Below are positions 11,001-21,703 of a stretch of DNA of 64,000 bases, piece by piece. The stretch is from an uncultured Clostridium sp. (GTDB lineage: Bacteria; Bacillota; Clostridia; TANB77; CAG-508). Made by a program: the position numbers and the translations under genes. A model generated the notes under the pieces. That model was not told where the DNA came from. It searched no databases and worked only from the letters and a program-made list of their open reading frames with translations. The first letter of the stretch is position 1. Each line of letters begins with the position of its first letter. Where the stretch lies: contig CANEHB010000006.1 in assembly GCA_947427205.1 (NCBI GenBank), positions 7,377-71,376 on the forward strand. Reading direction: 5' to 3'.

Positions 11001-13361
11001 AATTATATCTTCTTGTAATCCTTGTCTTACAGAAGTTACAGTTGCTCCTAAATTATTGTAATTTGATGTACTATTTACTGCTACAAGTCCTGTTGGAGCT
11101 GAATACATAAATTGTAATTCTCCTGCCCCTCCATCTTGATAATTTGTAGCTTCACTATTATTATATCTTAATTTGATGATATCTGATTTTGCTGGTGTAT
11201 ATAAATTAACTTTAATATTAGCATTAATTACTATATTAGTACCATTTGTTAATACACCTGAGTTAATTCCTTCTTGAACTCCACCTAATGTTACTCTTAT
11301 TATTCTTCCATCTTGTTCTGCTCTTACTACTTCTAAACCTTCTCCATAAAGAACACTTATATTTGTTACTTCCAATTTTTCAACATATTCTGGTAATTCA
11401 ACTTCAAATACTGAATTTCCATATACGTCTGATTTTTCTGTAGCATTGTTTAATTCTATTCTTAATTCAACATCATTGTTATTTGCAAGTGTTGAAAGAT
11501 TGTCTCTATCCATAACTAAATTTGCTTTAGTTACTGTATCTATTAAATCTGTTTTTGATTCAGCTTCATCTACTTCAACTATTTCATCTACATATGAATA
11601 ATTAGCTTTTATTACAGATTTTGTTTTTATAGAAGCAAATCCTGCAAATTCTTGTTTACTATCATTTGAATTTGCCATTACTTTTATATTGTTTATTACT
11701 AAGTTTCCTTCTCCTACTGGTTTAGTAGTTTTGAAAATTAATCTTGAGTAATTTCCTTCAAAAGGAACTACTATATTTCCTTCTTCATTTGCTTCACTTT
11801 CATTATTTATAATAGTTAATTCATTTCCTTCTAGGTCAAGTACTTTGATATTTCCTTCTTCACCTAAAATATTTATAAATTCTTCTTTTGATACAGATAT
11901 TTGTTTATAATATAAATCATTATTTTCATGACTTTCTTCTGATTTATCTATATACTCATTTGATATATCTTCTACTTCAATACCTTCAACTATATCTTTA
12001 TAAGAAACATTTATTATAGTTTTTGTATTTATTTGAGTCTCATATCTATCACTATTATTGTAGTTTGAATAAACATAAGCTTTTGAAACTTCTTTAGTTT
12101 CATTTTCTATATTCAAAGATACTATGTCACCAATTTGTTTATCTACTGAATATTCATAATTATCACTACTTGTTACTATATTAATATTGTCGTCTTTCTC
12201 TACTCCGCTAAAAGTTACTATATTAGCTTCGATTTCAGATTCTATTGTTGTATTTGATGCTTTAGCACCCTCAAAAGTATATGTAATTAAATATTCGCAA
12301 ACTCCTGATTCATTATAATATCTTTCTTCTTCAACTACTTCTTTTTCAGCATCTTTTAAGTATTCGTCTTCATATTCATTTACTTCAACTAATCTTTTCT
12401 CATTAGTAACTTTTATTGATAATTCATTATCTTCTTGATTATAGTTCCAATTATCTTGATTAAATGTTAAGTTTCCAGCTGTTTGTCCATTTACTCCTGC
12501 TGTAGAATTAGCTACAACTGTTATATTTGAAGGAGCTATTCCATCAAATGTTGGAACTTTAATTTTAACTTCTGATTCTTTTACTGGTAATGTGTTTTTA
12601 TCAGTAGTACTATCTACTTTAACTACTGTTTGTAAAATAACACCTCTACCAAAATCTATATATTTTTCTACTGCTGTTTCTACTTTAACTTCTCTTTCAT
12701 CTTTCCAAGAAACATTTAATTTAATTTCTCTTGATACTTCTATTTCGTCACCGTCATCGTCAACATATATACCAGAGAATTTTACTAAACAATCATTTGA
12801 AAATTTATTTTCATTTACATATGATTCATTTTTATATCCTATTGGTAGTGAAAGACTAATTTCTTTAGAACTGTTTATTTGTTGCATTGAAATTATATTG
12901 TCTTCTAAACTTTGAACATATTCTGGTAAATCATATTCTATAGTTTCTTTATCATCACTTTCTATTGCTTCATCTTCTACGTCTTCTGTTACTTCAGTTT
13001 CTTCCTCTTGTTTTTCTCCTTTGAAATCTTTTACCTCAAAGTTTAATCCGTTTCCTTCTTCTGTTTCTGCAATCTCAATTTTAGCATCTTTTAAATATCC
13101 ACTTTTTTGAACATCTAATTTCATGCTAATTGCCAATTCCTCATTATTCACATCACTAATAACCGAAGTTTCTTTCTCATCTTCGGTTCCAAAATAAGCT
13201 TCAAATCCAACATTTTTATGTCCTGTGTCAGATTTAGTGCCAAAAAGTGTTTCTGCAAAACTTGATGCAAAACTTTTTGTAATAAACGCAAAGTTTGCAG
13301 AAGTTAGTGTAAATATTAGGATTATTGCTAACAATTTTTCTAGAATTTTGTTTTTAAGCAT
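8088..13361 (-). CDS. Large secreted surface protein with DUF11-like and SdrD B-like domains and a C-terminal KTG-TM anchor
   Basis: Signal peptide; GDKVNYIFTVKNEG DUF11-type motif; SGTAWVDENKDG SdrD-B motif; TM plus basic tail; GGAGG SD before ATG 13361; paralog of 21704..27361. Confidence 0.8.
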   Translation of the reverse strand: MLKNKILEKLLAIILIFTLTSANFAFITKSFASSFAETLFGTKSDTGHKNVGFEAYFGTEDEKETSVISDVNNEELAISMKLDVQKSGYLKDAKIEIAETEEGNGLNFEVKDFKGEKQEEETEVTEDVEDEAIESDDKETIEYDLPEYVQSLEDNIISMQQINSSKEISLSLPIGYKNESYVNENKFSNDCLVKFSGIYVDDDGDEIEVSREIKLNVSWKDEREVKVETAVEKYIDFGRGVILQTVVKVDSTTDKNTLPVKESEVKIKVPTFDGIAPSNITVVANSTAGVNGQTAGNLTFNQDNWNYNQEDNELSIKVTNEKRLVEVNEYEDEYLKDAEKEVVEEERYYNESGVCEYLITYTFEGAKASNTTIESEIEANIVTFSGVEKDDNINIVTSSDNYEYSVDKQIGDIVSLNIENETKEVSKAYVYSNYNNSDRYETQINTKTIINVSYKDIVEGIEVEDISNEYIDKSEESHENNDLYYKQISVSKEEFINILGEEGNIKVLDLEGNELTIINNESEANEEGNIVVPFEGNYSRLIFKTTKPVGEGNLVINNIKVMANSNDSKQEFAGFASIKTKSVIKANYSYVDEIVEVDEAESKTDLIDTVTKANLVMDRDNLSTLANNNDVELRIELNNATEKSDVYGNSVFEVELPEYVEKLEVTNISVLYGEGLEVVRAEQDGRIIRVTLGGVQEGINSGVLTNGTNIVINANIKVNLYTPAKSDIIKLRYNNSEATNYQDGGAGELQFMYSAPTGLVAVNSTSNYNNLGATVTSVRQGLQEDIIDIYAEAKTATMEVIVMNNNNNTVSNVSILGRIPFKGVKDIATGEDLGTTLDTKLVGGIVQDAHNNALFNIYYSENGEATKDLEDLSNGWKMNPENLEAVRSYLLVPVESDYEMEQAEILRFTYEYEIPENLTHNENIYGTFLAYYTNNSEIAVTDEKTSPDKIGLTTGEGPELKIEVSSDKEVIKEFSEVQVNVVATNVGNSKAENVNVEFNIPRFSEYVSYEIEDENIDIVKEDEVIKASKAILEKDEKIEFKVNLKAADMPTLEEYYRGTEGFGEYDGQYKIIKYDEEGNILEEKVITEAPEICIEPKASVSAKDLGATLTAEGNKIKVTEAEFEITIENKSDIDEDLDVQKAGDEVLFHVGVENLTEKTMKNVVVTQELPEDFSFVKAAVIGYEEDGLTSTEIAQGNYDETTRTISWKIDTLNEYAYIPLTFTIKVNEIDESITKKDIELIAKVSADETDSYESNRVLTIIGRPVLVITQVSENTDTYIKEGDKVNYIFTVKNEGDAVADHVKLTDVIPDGIAVRKITYISDGIVGNKKVSSSREAVIMANIKPKEELVVNIEAVASNLGGVQEKTVTNFATVSSEEIEEMQTNSVTHIVEASEKSIVASELQSSSNNNSLAQNSNISKTYKLSGTAWVDENKDGMRNVGEQLLSGIVVRLVNSETGVIQTSTTTDTNGTYTFSGIENGNYLVIFEYDTVKYTVTAYKKDGVEINVNSDAITTKLEQDGKTRNGAITDVVTIANGSVSGIDIGLVLADTFDLKLDKGITRVTTQSVKGTTNDTYDNVDLAKTEIAAKYLSGSTVIVEYAITVSNIGDVSGYAKNIVDYIPDGMTFNSSLGENSNWYTGSDGNLYTSALADRELAPGESATIKLVLTRQMTAENAGIINNLAEIYEDYNIYGISDHNSTPANKAQGENDLGSADIIISAKTGETFIYISVIITTILLGSIVIFIAYNKIVLAKRKGGV

Positions 13362-13835
13362 AATCTTAATTCCTCCCATAATAACAAATTTTGTGACATA
13401 GTATTCTTTTTTACTATTTTATAAGTATAATTTTACTCTTTTTTTTTAAGTAGTCAATAGTCAAAGCCTTTAAAATAAAGGCTTTTAAAACATTTTTTCT
13501 TTCTACTCGCTACGGATGTTCATTTTTTAAACTTTCTTATTTTTTTATATAAAATTTTTATTACACAATCCTAGAGTTACTTATAATTTGTCGTAAAAAC
13601 GCTATACATATCTATTATACACCATTATGTCAACTTTTTCAAGGATTTCGAGCCTTTTTTTGCCTTTTTTTCAATTTTTTTGTTTTTAGATTTCTTTATT
13701 TTATTATCTTTCCTGTCTTTCTTTGTCGAATTGTATATTTTTTTGCATAATTTTGTATATTTTTTATTCCGTAAATAGCTTTTGCGTAGCATTTTTATTA
13801 TAAAAATACAGAACAGTTTTCTTATAATATAATAA

Positions 13836-13863
13836 AGAAGAGACCTATAAAAGCCTCTTCTCT
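13836..13863 (-). terminator. Probable intrinsic terminator after the 2605-aa gene
   Basis: AGAAGAG...CTCTTCT inverted repeat followed by a T-rich run on the minus strand. Confidence 0.5.
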
Positions 13864-13872
13864 ACTTATTTT

Positions 13873-16800
13873 TTATTTATAACGTCTCTTTTTAATTTTA
13901 GTTATTATCGTTTTTGTTACAAATATTGCTATAATTACTACGGCAACTGCAATTACAATCACTCCTACACTTACTTTAGCTGTCTCTACTGCATTTACTA
14001 TTACTCTTCTATTTTTCATCATACCAGTTGGTGGTGTTAATGTAATTGTCTCTGTTGCAGCTGTATCTGGTTCAAATGATGATGTTATGAATTCTTTACT
14101 TCCTTTTGTTGGATCATCTGGCGTTGTATTTACGTTAGCATTTCCTATTGTTGTTGCAAAGTTTGTTCTTCTACCTGTTAATGTTGTAAATTGTATAATC
14201 TCTGCTATATTTTCATAACTCATATTATCTGTTGATGTTTCAGCTGATACAACTTTTGATACTGGTAAATATACTATACCCCTAGATTCATATAGATTTT
14301 CTGTTTCATCTGTTACTGCTGGTAATAAGAATCTTGATAAGTCTTGATTATTTACAATGTATTTATCATTTTCATCACCTATATCAACTCTTCTATCATC
14401 TACTGATACTACTAAGTTTGTATATTCCATTCCTTGTACATTTATTAGTTTTACACCATTATCGCTTACTATTGAAGTTCCTGGCATTGCCTTTGTATTT
14501 CTTAAGCCTTTTAGTGTATATACATAATTTACAAGTTCAGATGCTGTGCTCTTTGACCAATATTTGTCTTCTAAATTGTTATTATTTGTTTCTTGATCAA
14601 ATTCTAAATCTGTATCAACATAGTCTAATATCTTATCGAATTTTAAGCTTGATACTGTGTCTAATGCTGTTTCTTCACCTGTATAGTATGCATATCCTAC
14701 ATATGTACCATAGTATCCTGTTTTACCATTTGCTACATCTGTAATTGTCTTTGTTCTATTTCTATAAAGATCTGAGTTTTCATCAAATGCAAACATATCA
14801 GCATATACCATATTTCTTGCTGTTCCAGAAGCTGTATAGTTTGTATCGATTATATTAACTCCTTTTCCATTATATTCTGCCACTAAGTCTTGTGTTGCTT
14901 TATTTTCTTTATATCTAATATCATTTAAGTTTGTTGTTATTCTATCAATTTCACTTTCATTATTAGCTTTAAACTTATACATAATATCTATCTTAGATCC
15001 TTGTAATATATCATCATCAACTTGAATGTATATAAATCCTTGTGTATCTTCTGTTGTTAAATCTTTTAGTAATGCTGTGTAATCATTTGAGATAAATTGT
15101 ATTAAGTCTAAACCTGTAGATTTTTCTGTATCTATATGGTGAACTGTTGCTTCTTGTTCTCCTGTTGTATAGAAGAATAAGTCTATTAATGTATTTCCAT
15201 CTTCTGTTGTTATCTTAACTTCATCAATCTCTTTAGCTAAACTTATTTGAGATTCAGGTCTGTATTCAATACCAAAGTCTACATTCTCAATTTTGAAATC
15301 TCTAGTATTTGTATCTGCATAATGAATTCTCTCTAATTCTCTATAGTAAATATCTCTTGCAATAGCTTCTGCATCTTCTTTATTTCCTGAATTAACATCT
15401 TGTTTGAATATGTATTTAGGTGTTTGTGTATCTGTTAATTTTTCAGCTTTAACTAGGAATTCAACTGTCTCAGCTTCCATATATGTATTATCTGTTAAGA
15501 TTTCTAGTTGATCAGCATTATTCTTATCAGATCTTTCTGTTAATTTTGTTCCATTAGCTACACCTTTTAATATTTCTGCAAGTTCATTTGTCATAACTTC
15601 TGAAAATCTATTTACTTCAAGTCTTCTAACCTCATCATCTCTACCATCGTTTCTATCTGCAACCTCTAATTTTCTGATTATTTCATCAACATCTGTTTCA
15701 TTATCACTTAATTCATTTGTATATTGTGTTGATTTATAATCTTGACCATTAAAGATTAACATATCATTTTGAGCTTCTAATGTTGCATCATATGTCGCAC
15801 TTGCTTTATTTTCTTCTACTGTATCACCATATGTAAATCTTACTATATATTTACCTGGAACAAATCCAATTAATTCATATTTACCATCTGTGTCTGTTCT
15901 TATATGTTGAACTTGCTCCCATGTTACATCTGAAAGTATTTCTTCATAATAATGTGTTGGATCTACTTGTACTATTTCAATAAATTCTGCTCTAGCATTT
16001 CTAACTTTAATGTCTTTTTCTTCGCTTACACTTTCATCTTTATAATGTAATTTAACACTTTCGTTTTCTTTTCCTAGATTATTCTTTATTTCTTCTGTAT
16101 CATATAGACCATCACCTATATATTGTTCATCTCCACCTGTTCCTAAAGTATCTGTTCTTGAGTCATCCCAAACCATACCAGATATACTTCTTATAATCTT
16201 AGGTGTTCCTTGAAGTTCTACTACAATTTGAATCTTTTTGTATTTTTCTTCAATTTTTTCCTTAGTATTTTCTGTTGCATCTGCAACTATCTCAATACCA
16301 GTTTTATATGTAGTATCTTCATAATACTCTACATTATCTGCTGAAGTTAAACTTTCTGAATATCCTGCTTCACCAGGTATTACACCTGTACTGTCATTTT
16401 TAACACCTATATTACCAGGGTTAGAATCCATATCTACTAATGATGCTGGTTTTCCATCTGTATACCATACTGAGTATGCATTTACTTGAGCTATGTTTTC
16501 TGTGCCTCTGCCATATTTTTCTTTATATGCAGATGTTGTTCTTTCAGCTATTTTTAATGATCTTTCTAATACTTTGCTTGTTACTTTAGTTGTTGTTCCT
16601 TCTGTTTCTGTTATAGATGTAGAGCCAGATTTATTTGTATTTGTACTTTCTGATGTGCTTACTGTTTCCTCATAATTTTCATTTGTTATTCCAACTTCTA
16701 AAGCTTCTTTATCAATTACGTATTTAACATATATATCTAAGTTTTCACCTTCGTGTATTATTTCATCTCCCATACCTGTAATATAAACTGTGTTATATCC

Positions 16801-19800
16801 ATCTGCTGTAAAGTCATTAGCTTTTTCAGAGAATTTTCCTTTTGGTCCTCTTGATGATGTATTAGATAATGTTAGATCTACTTTTACATAATTTCCATTA
16901 GGATCTTCTTTAAAGATTGGTTTTGCTCCTCCTACTGCTGTATCAACACTATATCTTGTACCTGTTGCTCCACTTCCTGCTGGTTTAAAGTACCAAGCTT
17001 CTGCTATATTTATTTTCTTATCTACTAAGAATCCTTCTGCATCTTTCGTTTTTACTGTTATAAAATCTTTTGCAACATCTTCTGTGTATTTAATAAAGTT
17101 TGCATCATATAAGTCTAATACTTCATGAACTTTTACATCTAGTTTTGTATCTGTTACATCTGGTTGATTTTCTCCTCTACCCTCTCTTACTGTATCATCA
17201 TCTGTAACTGATTTATTGTCTAGTGTAATTCTATAAGTTACTTCAACATTTAGTTCACTTTCACCATTTAGACCTTTATATTTTCTAACTGCTGCTGCTT
17301 TATATTGTTCAAATCTATATTTATAATCTGATTCGTATAACTCTAATCCATATGGTTTTCCGATTATATAATCTTGTAGATATGCTCCTTGTGAATAGTT
17401 CTCTGCAAATCCCATATCTCCATTTAAACCATTATTTTGATTGAAGTTATATTCCATTTCTTCACCATCTATTGTTGTTTTTACTTTATAAACATCTTTT
17501 GTTAAAGCAATATCAGCATCTTCTCTTAATTCTAATCCTAAATTTATATGTTTTAAGTAATCTGTTTCTGGTTTTTCATTTCCCATTGATCCAAATTGGA
17601 ATAGCCATAAGTAATTTGTTGAATTTGCATCATTTTTATTTGATGGTACGTTTATAAAGCTTCTTGATGTCATTAGTCTTGAATTATCTTCCATTAGCTC
17701 TGATTTGTGATTTACTTTATCATAAACCATATCATTTGTTTTATTTAATCCTAAATCATAAGCTACATTGTAAGAAATATATTCATATTGAGTATTAAAT
17801 TGTTCTCTTACATCTTTAAATTCTGCTGCATTTGAATCTATTAAGTATTCTGGTTCATAAGAACCTTCTTCTTTTAGATGTTTCTTTCCATCTGTTCCTG
17901 CATAAAATTCTGTACTCTTATATAGCACACCATCATATTCATATTCTATGTAGTAACTTAAGATTTGGCTAGATGTTGTATAATTTCCATTTCCATCTTT
18001 GTTTGTTGCTTTATCAATACGTTGATACATAGTACCACTTGAGAATCCTGTATCATGGTTATAGTATTCTTTATACCATCCAAGATTTAAATCTCTACCA
18101 AATGTATATAAACCATTTGCATCTGTTTTTGTTGTTCTTAATAATGTTCCATCAGATTGATATAAGTGAACTACAACATCTTTCTTTCTAGCATCTGAAT
18201 TTAAATTATAGTATTTTTGTTGAGTTTCATTTGCTGTATCTTGCATAAATCCATCTCTATCAAAGTCTACCCAAACATTACCAGCAATTACTAAGTCTTT
18301 CATTCTTACAAATTCACTTGAAATTTGTTGTTTAGAAATATTCTCATTATGACTTGGATTTTTTATTTCTCTTGTATCTTTATCTGTATTGTTTATATTT
18401 GTTAACACTGTAAGTTCTGCTTTATTTTCTAAATCATATAGATACATATTGCTTTCTGTAATTTCTACAGTTACATAGTAAATTATGAATTCTCCTGGGT
18501 TTAAAATTGTTTCGTTTCCAATTCTATATCTATATGTATTATATTTACCTTCTACAGTTGGTGCTGAAACATTAACTGCTACATTTCCAGTTGAACTATA
18601 TCTTGTACATATACTTCCATCAGCATTATACATTTTAGCTTCAACATTTTTCTGTGTTAATCCTATTTGCATATAATCTTTTACTTCAGTTGTTCTAACT
18701 TGTGTTGCTGGTTTATTTCCTGAAGGTATACCTGCCCCTTTTGCTTTAGCTTCGTTTGTAACTTTAATTGCATATATTAGAGTTTCATATTTTTCTGCTG
18801 ATACTGGTTTTTCTTGTTTTTCTTTATCTGATTTTCTTTCTCTTGAAGTTTTTAATGTACCATCAGCATTTGTTATAAATCCTCCATTTGTGAATGTATT
18901 GCTGTTATTCTCTTTTTCTATTTTCTCATCATATTTATAAACATATTTATCCATAAATGCATCATAATCATTTAATATATACCAGTCACTTGTATTTAAG
19001 TTACTTGAATTATTTTTTATTACACATAAATTATCTGGAACTGAATTATCTCCTCTGTTTGGTCCTCTATTGATATTTTTCATAGTACCTATAAATTTAA
19101 CATTATTTTCTTCAATAGTTCCTTTTGTATATTCATCTACAGTTAATGTAACTGTTACTATTCTTACTCCTCCTGCTGGTACCATTAAATCTTTAATTGT
19201 AAATGTTCCACCATTTGTGCTTGCATCTGTTTTACTAATTATATGTGAGTTATTTCCTGTAACTCCTGTTCCACTTACCTGTATATCTAATTTAGAATAT
19301 TTCTTAGGTAAAGTATCTTCAATGTTTACATATACTTTATCTGGAGTCCAATATGGATCTGAATCTCTGCCTACATCAAACCTTGAACCAGAACTACTTG
19401 TTGTATTGTAAACTTTTATTTTATATGTAACTGTATCTCCATACTCTACATATACTGGATTTGATCTTTTTGTACCTTCTGTCATTCCTCTTACTACTGA
19501 TCTTTCATCTGTAGCTTTTAATGTTGTATCTATACTACTTATCTTAATATTGTCTTGATTATGTTCTACATCATAAATATATTTTTCAACACTTACATTA
19601 AATTCTTTGATTTTATAAAAATCTGAATCTTTTGTAATTCCTTTAGGACCATCTCCTAGTTCTGCTACGTTAACTACTGGACCATTATGTCTAACATCTC
19701 CTGGACTATAATCTGTTCTGTTATAGTCAACACTTCCAGAGTTCTTTGTAATAATTTCAGAAGAGTTTTCCCATAATCCAGTTTCTGCTGTAGGTCTTAA

Positions 19801-21690
19801 AGTTACTACTACTTTAAATACTTGATTTGCTTTAACTTCTAGCCAACCGTTTATACTTGGATTAAATGTTGAAGCAGTGCACTGAGTAGGTAGTATATCA
19901 TTAATTTGGAATGAAACATCTTGATCTTGATTATTGATTATATCAATATTATATGTTATCTTGTCTCCTCTTTCAGCTTTTACATAGTTTGTTCTTTTAG
20001 CATCTACTTGGTTAGGACTGTCTGGTCTGTTAGGTGAATTTGCAGCACCTCTTGATCTTTCTAATGTATCTCCAAATGTTACTATACTTTCTCCTACATG
20101 TTCTACTTTTGTAATATATTTATTTATTGTTAAATCTGTTGTTAATCTTACATCTACATAACTTACTACTTCTGTTTCATATATAATTGTTTTAGCTTCT
20201 CTTAATCCCATTAATGGTTGAGCATCTAAAACTTGTAATTTTCCAACCCAATCAAATCTTTCACAATATTCATGTGAATGTCCACATAAATATGGATCTG
20301 TATGTGTATATGATTTAGAATCACCATGTTCATGATGACATCCGCTACAATATGTAGTTGTAGTTGAAGGACTACATGCTCCATTTGCATGGTCACAGCC
20401 TGAATGACTTGTACTTGTATGTCCATGACAATCTAAATAACAATTTTCATACCATGTATGAGTACATGTACTGTTATATGGGCTACTTGAAGTTCCTGGT
20501 GATTTGCTAAAACTACAATTTCCACTACCTGTACTATCTTGACATGTATAACTACAGCTACTTCTTGCAGCATTTTGCATATCAAAAGTACTAAACACAT
20601 ATTGTCCTCTTGCATAATATCCATCTCCACTTGATACTGTTTTTCTAAATTTGAATGTAAATGATGATAATGTTGTTGCATCTACTCCACAAGCACCTCT
20701 ATCAACTATTATGTAAAACTTTGAATTTGGCCATGGATAATTATAATTACTTGGTGTATTCCAAATATCTCCACCATTTCTATTATTATCTCCTTCTTGA
20801 ACATATTCTATAGTAATATTATCAAAGTTAACAATAGCTCCTGTATTTAAGGTAATATATCCATCTACTATTCCACCTACTATTTCTTGTTTTTCTATTC
20901 CTTGTCCTGAATAATTTACTACATGACTTGAATTTACATATGCATAATCACTCATTTCAAATGGTCCTACTTTATAGCTATTTCCTACTAGTATAGTTCC
21001 ACAACCCATGTTTGGATCATTTTCATTTCTTATAGCTGTAACCATAGGAGTTTCACCATGAGCTCCTATTTCATTATTTAAAGCTTCAACTGCTAATCCT
21101 GCTTTATATAAAGTAATATTTTCTCTCCATATTGCATATTGTGAATTATTATGCCATGGATCACCATCATTTTCTCCATTAAATGATGCTGCATATGCTT
21201 CTGTTATACTTAAAGTATATGCATGAGATTTTTCAAAAGAAATATTACTATCAATTGCTTGTGTACCAGTTTCTCCTTTTTCTCTATAGTCTAAATATTT
21301 ACCACTACCTTTAAAAGAAGGAGTTTGTCCATATTTAAAATTGATTTCTCCATCCATACTAACATCTGGTTCATGCATTCTGCTTAATATTCCTTCTGGA
21401 TTATCAAATAATCTACCACCGTGTTGCATACAATATATTGAACGTTTTGTTGTAAGTGCTGTAAAAGGTGTTTTTTCTATAGCAGAATCAAATTCACCTT
21501 GAGATATTGTATGAGTTGCAGTATATGTTTTTACAATTGCTCCAATTCTATTTTCTATATCTATGCCATTTCTAGCTTCTAATTCTGCCGCAAATACTTT
21601 TAGTAAACCTACACTAGCAAGAGTGGCAATTAATAGTAGACATATTATTTTTATTTTTTGAATTCTATTTTCTTTTCTTTCTTCTCTCAT
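13873..21690 (-). CDS. Giant cell-surface adhesin: probable thioester domain with Cys/His-rich insert, DUF11-like and SdrD B-like domains, PPTG-TM anchor
   Basis: 2605-aa ORF; YCMQHG, SQYAIW and AQPL motifs; GNVWVD and SGMVWDD SdrD-B motifs; ends LTPPTG...TM...KKRRYK; paralog of 200..8086. Confidence 0.8.
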   Translation of the reverse strand: MREERKENRIQKIKIICLLLIATLASVGLLKVFAAELEARNGIDIENRIGAIVKTYTATHTISQGEFDSAIEKTPFTALTTKRSIYCMQHGGRLFDNPEGILSRMHEPDVSMDGEINFKYGQTPSFKGSGKYLDYREKGETGTQAIDSNISFEKSHAYTLSITEAYAASFNGENDGDPWHNNSQYAIWRENITLYKAGLAVEALNNEIGAHGETPMVTAIRNENDPNMGCGTILVGNSYKVGPFEMSDYAYVNSSHVVNYSGQGIEKQEIVGGIVDGYITLNTGAIVNFDNITIEYVQEGDNNRNGGDIWNTPSNYNYPWPNSKFYIIVDRGACGVDATTLSSFTFKFRKTVSSGDGYYARGQYVFSTFDMQNAARSSCSYTCQDSTGSGNCSFSKSPGTSSSPYNSTCTHTWYENCYLDCHGHTSTSHSGCDHANGACSPSTTTTYCSGCHHEHGDSKSYTHTDPYLCGHSHEYCERFDWVGKLQVLDAQPLMGLREAKTIIYETEVVSYVDVRLTTDLTINKYITKVEHVGESIVTFGDTLERSRGAANSPNRPDSPNQVDAKRTNYVKAERGDKITYNIDIINNQDQDVSFQINDILPTQCTASTFNPSINGWLEVKANQVFKVVVTLRPTAETGLWENSSEIITKNSGSVDYNRTDYSPGDVRHNGPVVNVAELGDGPKGITKDSDFYKIKEFNVSVEKYIYDVEHNQDNIKISSIDTTLKATDERSVVRGMTEGTKRSNPVYVEYGDTVTYKIKVYNTTSSSGSRFDVGRDSDPYWTPDKVYVNIEDTLPKKYSKLDIQVSGTGVTGNNSHIISKTDASTNGGTFTIKDLMVPAGGVRIVTVTLTVDEYTKGTIEENNVKFIGTMKNINRGPNRGDNSVPDNLCVIKNNSSNLNTSDWYILNDYDAFMDKYVYKYDEKIEKENNSNTFTNGGFITNADGTLKTSRERKSDKEKQEKPVSAEKYETLIYAIKVTNEAKAKGAGIPSGNKPATQVRTTEVKDYMQIGLTQKNVEAKMYNADGSICTRYSSTGNVAVNVSAPTVEGKYNTYRYRIGNETILNPGEFIIYYVTVEITESNMYLYDLENKAELTVLTNINNTDKDTREIKNPSHNENISKQQISSEFVRMKDLVIAGNVWVDFDRDGFMQDTANETQQKYYNLNSDARKKDVVVHLYQSDGTLLRTTKTDANGLYTFGRDLNLGWYKEYYNHDTGFSSGTMYQRIDKATNKDGNGNYTTSSQILSYYIEYEYDGVLYKSTEFYAGTDGKKHLKEEGSYEPEYLIDSNAAEFKDVREQFNTQYEYISYNVAYDLGLNKTNDMVYDKVNHKSELMEDNSRLMTSRSFINVPSNKNDANSTNYLWLFQFGSMGNEKPETDYLKHINLGLELREDADIALTKDVYKVKTTIDGEEMEYNFNQNNGLNGDMGFAENYSQGAYLQDYIIGKPYGLELYESDYKYRFEQYKAAAVRKYKGLNGESELNVEVTYRITLDNKSVTDDDTVREGRGENQPDVTDTKLDVKVHEVLDLYDANFIKYTEDVAKDFITVKTKDAEGFLVDKKINIAEAWYFKPAGSGATGTRYSVDTAVGGAKPIFKEDPNGNYVKVDLTLSNTSSRGPKGKFSEKANDFTADGYNTVYITGMGDEIIHEGENLDIYVKYVIDKEALEVGITNENYEETVSTSESTNTNKSGSTSITETEGTTTKVTSKVLERSLKIAERTTSAYKEKYGRGTENIAQVNAYSVWYTDGKPASLVDMDSNPGNIGVKNDSTGVIPGEAGYSESLTSADNVEYYEDTTYKTGIEIVADATENTKEKIEEKYKKIQIVVELQGTPKIIRSISGMVWDDSRTDTLGTGGDEQYIGDGLYDTEEIKNNLGKENESVKLHYKDESVSEEKDIKVRNARAEFIEIVQVDPTHYYEEILSDVTWEQVQHIRTDTDGKYELIGFVPGKYIVRFTYGDTVEENKASATYDATLEAQNDMLIFNGQDYKSTQYTNELSDNETDVDEIIRKLEVADRNDGRDDEVRRLEVNRFSEVMTNELAEILKGVANGTKLTERSDKNNADQLEILTDNTYMEAETVEFLVKAEKLTDTQTPKYIFKQDVNSGNKEDAEAIARDIYYRELERIHYADTNTRDFKIENVDFGIEYRPESQISLAKEIDEVKITTEDGNTLIDLFFYTTGEQEATVHHIDTEKSTGLDLIQFISNDYTALLKDLTTEDTQGFIYIQVDDDILQGSKIDIMYKFKANNESEIDRITTNLNDIRYKENKATQDLVAEYNGKGVNIIDTNYTASGTARNMVYADMFAFDENSDLYRNRTKTITDVANGKTGYYGTYVGYAYYTGEETALDTVSSLKFDKILDYVDTDLEFDQETNNNNLEDKYWSKSTASELVNYVYTLKGLRNTKAMPGTSIVSDNGVKLINVQGMEYTNLVVSVDDRRVDIGDENDKYIVNNQDLSRFLLPAVTDETENLYESRGIVYLPVSKVVSAETSTDNMSYENIAEIIQFTTLTGRRTNFATTIGNANVNTTPDDPTKGSKEFITSSFEPDTAATETITLTPPTGMMKNRRVIVNAVETAKVSVGVIVIAVAVVIIAIFVTKTIITKIKKRRYK

Positions 21691-21703
21691 ATTAATCGCC
21701 TCC

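Noticed and set aside
20226-20681. Two alternative-frame minus-strand ORFs in the Cys/His region
   Set aside because: By-products of the low-complexity codon pattern; the main ORF is uninterrupted
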